From: Isurus oxyrinchus | Taxonomy: Eukaryota | Direction of reading: 5' to 3' | DNA: 64,000 bases | NCBI GenBank assembly: GCA_026770705.1 | Contig: JANJGN010000052.1 | Location: forward strand, 1,736,001-1,800,000 | In this document: positions 62,285 to 64,000 of the stretch, piece by piece | Position numbering within the stretch: position 1 is the first letter of the stretch | Layout: the number at the start of each line of letters is the position of its first letter | Made by a program: the position numbers and the translations under genes | The notes under the pieces: model-generated | The model's input: the letters and a program-made list of their open reading frames with translations, nothing else | The model's database searches: none | Told to the model about the DNA's origin: nothing

Positions 62285-63695
62285 TCCAGTGTCTGGTGAG
62301 ATAGTTGATACATTGGTTTTCATCTTCCAAAACTCCCTAGATTGAGGGAAGGTCCCATTAGATTGGAAGATAGGAAATGTAGCTCCATTATTCAAAAAGA
62401 GAGGGAGACAGAAATTGGGCAACTATAGGTTTAACATCTGTCATAGGGAAATTGTTAGGAGCTATTATTAAAGACGTTATAGCAGGGCACTCCAATAAGC
62501 TCAATGTCATCAGGCATAGTCAACATTGTTTTGTGACAGGGCAATTGCATTTAGCCAACTTATTGGATTTCTTTGAGGAAGTAACATGTGAATAAAGGGG
62601 AACTGGTGGATGTACTGTACCTATACATCCAGGAGGCATTGGATAAAGTGCCACATCACAGGTTATTGTGGATAATAAAAGCTCATTATGTAGAGGCTAA
62701 CATTTCGGCATGGTTAGAAGATTGGCTAGCTAGCAGGAAGCAGCGAGTAGGCATAAATGGGTCTTTTTCAGGTTGGCAGAATGTGAGGATTGATGTGCCA
62801 CAGGGGTCAGTGCTGGGACCACAACAGTTATCAATTTCTGTAAATCATTTTGATGAAGGGATTGTTGGGATGGTAACTAAATTTGCTGATGATACAGGGA
62901 TATGAAATGGTCCATTTTGACAGGAGAAATGAAAGAGCAGCATGTTATCTAAGTGGTGAGAGATTGCATTGTTCTGAAGTGCAGAGGGATCTGGGTGTTC
63001 CAGTGCATGAATCATAAAAGGCCAATATCCAGGTTCAGCAAATAACTAGGAAAGCTAATAAAACGTTATCATTGATTGTGAGGGGGAATTGAATACAAAA
63101 GTAGGGAGGCTACACTTCAGTTGTACAGGGAACTGCTGAGACCACATTAGGAGTACTGTGTACAGTATTGGTCTCCTTATTTAAGGAAGGATGTAAATGC
63201 GTCGGAAGCAGTTCAGAGAAGGTTTACCAGACCAATACCTGGAATGGGTGGGTTTGTCTGATGAGGAAAGGCTGGACAGACTAGGATTGGATCAGCTGGA
63301 GTTGAGAAGAGTAAGAGGCGACTTGATTGAAACATGTAAGATCCTGAGGGGTCTTGACAGGGTGGGTGTGGAGAGGGAGTTTCCTCTTATGGAAGAATCT
63401 AGAACTCGGGGTGACTGATTAAAAGTAACGGGACGTACATTTAAGAGAGAGATGAGATGAAATTTTTTTCTCTCCGGGTTTGTAAGTCTTTGGAACTCTC
63501 TTCCTGAAATGATGGTAGAAACAGGGTCTTTAGATATTTTTAAAGCAGAGCAGCACAGATCCTTGGTCAGCAAGGGGGTGAGAGGTTATCGGGGGTGGAT
63601 GGGATGCAGATTTCAGGTTAATATCAGATCAGCCAAGATCTTATTAAATGATGGACCAGCCTCAAGGGGCTGAATGGCCTACTCCTGCTCCTTGT
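62285..63695 (+). mobile_element. CR1 LINE (RT to 3' tail) inserted just after the C2 donor
   Basis: RKQRVGINGSFSGW..VPQGSVLGP..KFADDT; LRRVRGDLIET; CR1 tail. Confidence 0.9.
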
Positions 63696-63777
63696 TTACC
63701 TATTCTACATCAGCTGTGATAGTCCTGACTTTGCACAGCAAGATCCCACAAACTGCACTCTGTTTAGCAACAGATCA

Positions 63778-64000
63778 CCTATCTGATAAAAATTCACCTC
63801 TGACAGTGCAGCACTCTCTCAGAACTGACACTCCAACAGTTCAGCACCACCTCTCCACTGACCCTCTGACAATGTAGCGCTCCCTCAGTACTGACACTCC
63901 AAAAGTTCAGCACCATCTCTCTACTGACCCTCTGACAATGCATCACTCCCTCAGTACTGACCACCTGACAGTGCAGTGCTCCCGCAGCACTGACCCACCG
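63778..64000. repeat. 33-bp minisatellite
   Basis: Tandem units; the same flank (tgataaaaattcacctctgaca) precedes the unit at ~43010-43064 in gene B. Confidence 0.9.

Overview
Repeat-rich vertebrate genomic DNA; the CR1/L2 LINE, SINE and 33-bp minisatellite content suggests a shark or other elasmobranch. The long ORFs in the supplied track are mostly minisatellite or transposon artefacts, and the real genes had to be built exon by exon from splice sites. (1) Terminal exon of a hepcidin (HAMP) gene at 388-504, absent from the ORF track, encoding an atypical 29-aa mature peptide. (2) Immediately downstream, three Siglec-like (CD33/MAG/CD22-family) genes. Gene A (minus strand, ~8.3-22.6 kb) and gene B (plus strand, ~32.3-48.5 kb) lie head-to-head in a ~11-13 kb inverted duplication and share promoter, leader, V1, V2 and C2 exons, but end in opposite signalling modules. 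Gene A has an Arg-containing TM and a short tail with no Tyr (activating type) and is disabled by ATG>GTG, a TAA and a broken Ig exon. Gene B has a neutral TM and an ITIM/ITSM-like tail (inhibitory type), with a stop codon in the skippable V1 exon. Gene C (plus strand, from ~53.6 kb, running off the window) has a triplicated promoter/leader module and a single V exon that looks like a V1/V2 hybrid. An orphan Tyr-motif tail exon and an orphan first exon lie in the spacer. The locus looks like a paired-receptor Siglec system shaped by gene conversion, in the HAMP-MAG-CD22 syntenic position. All calls are by eye; no database searches were run.
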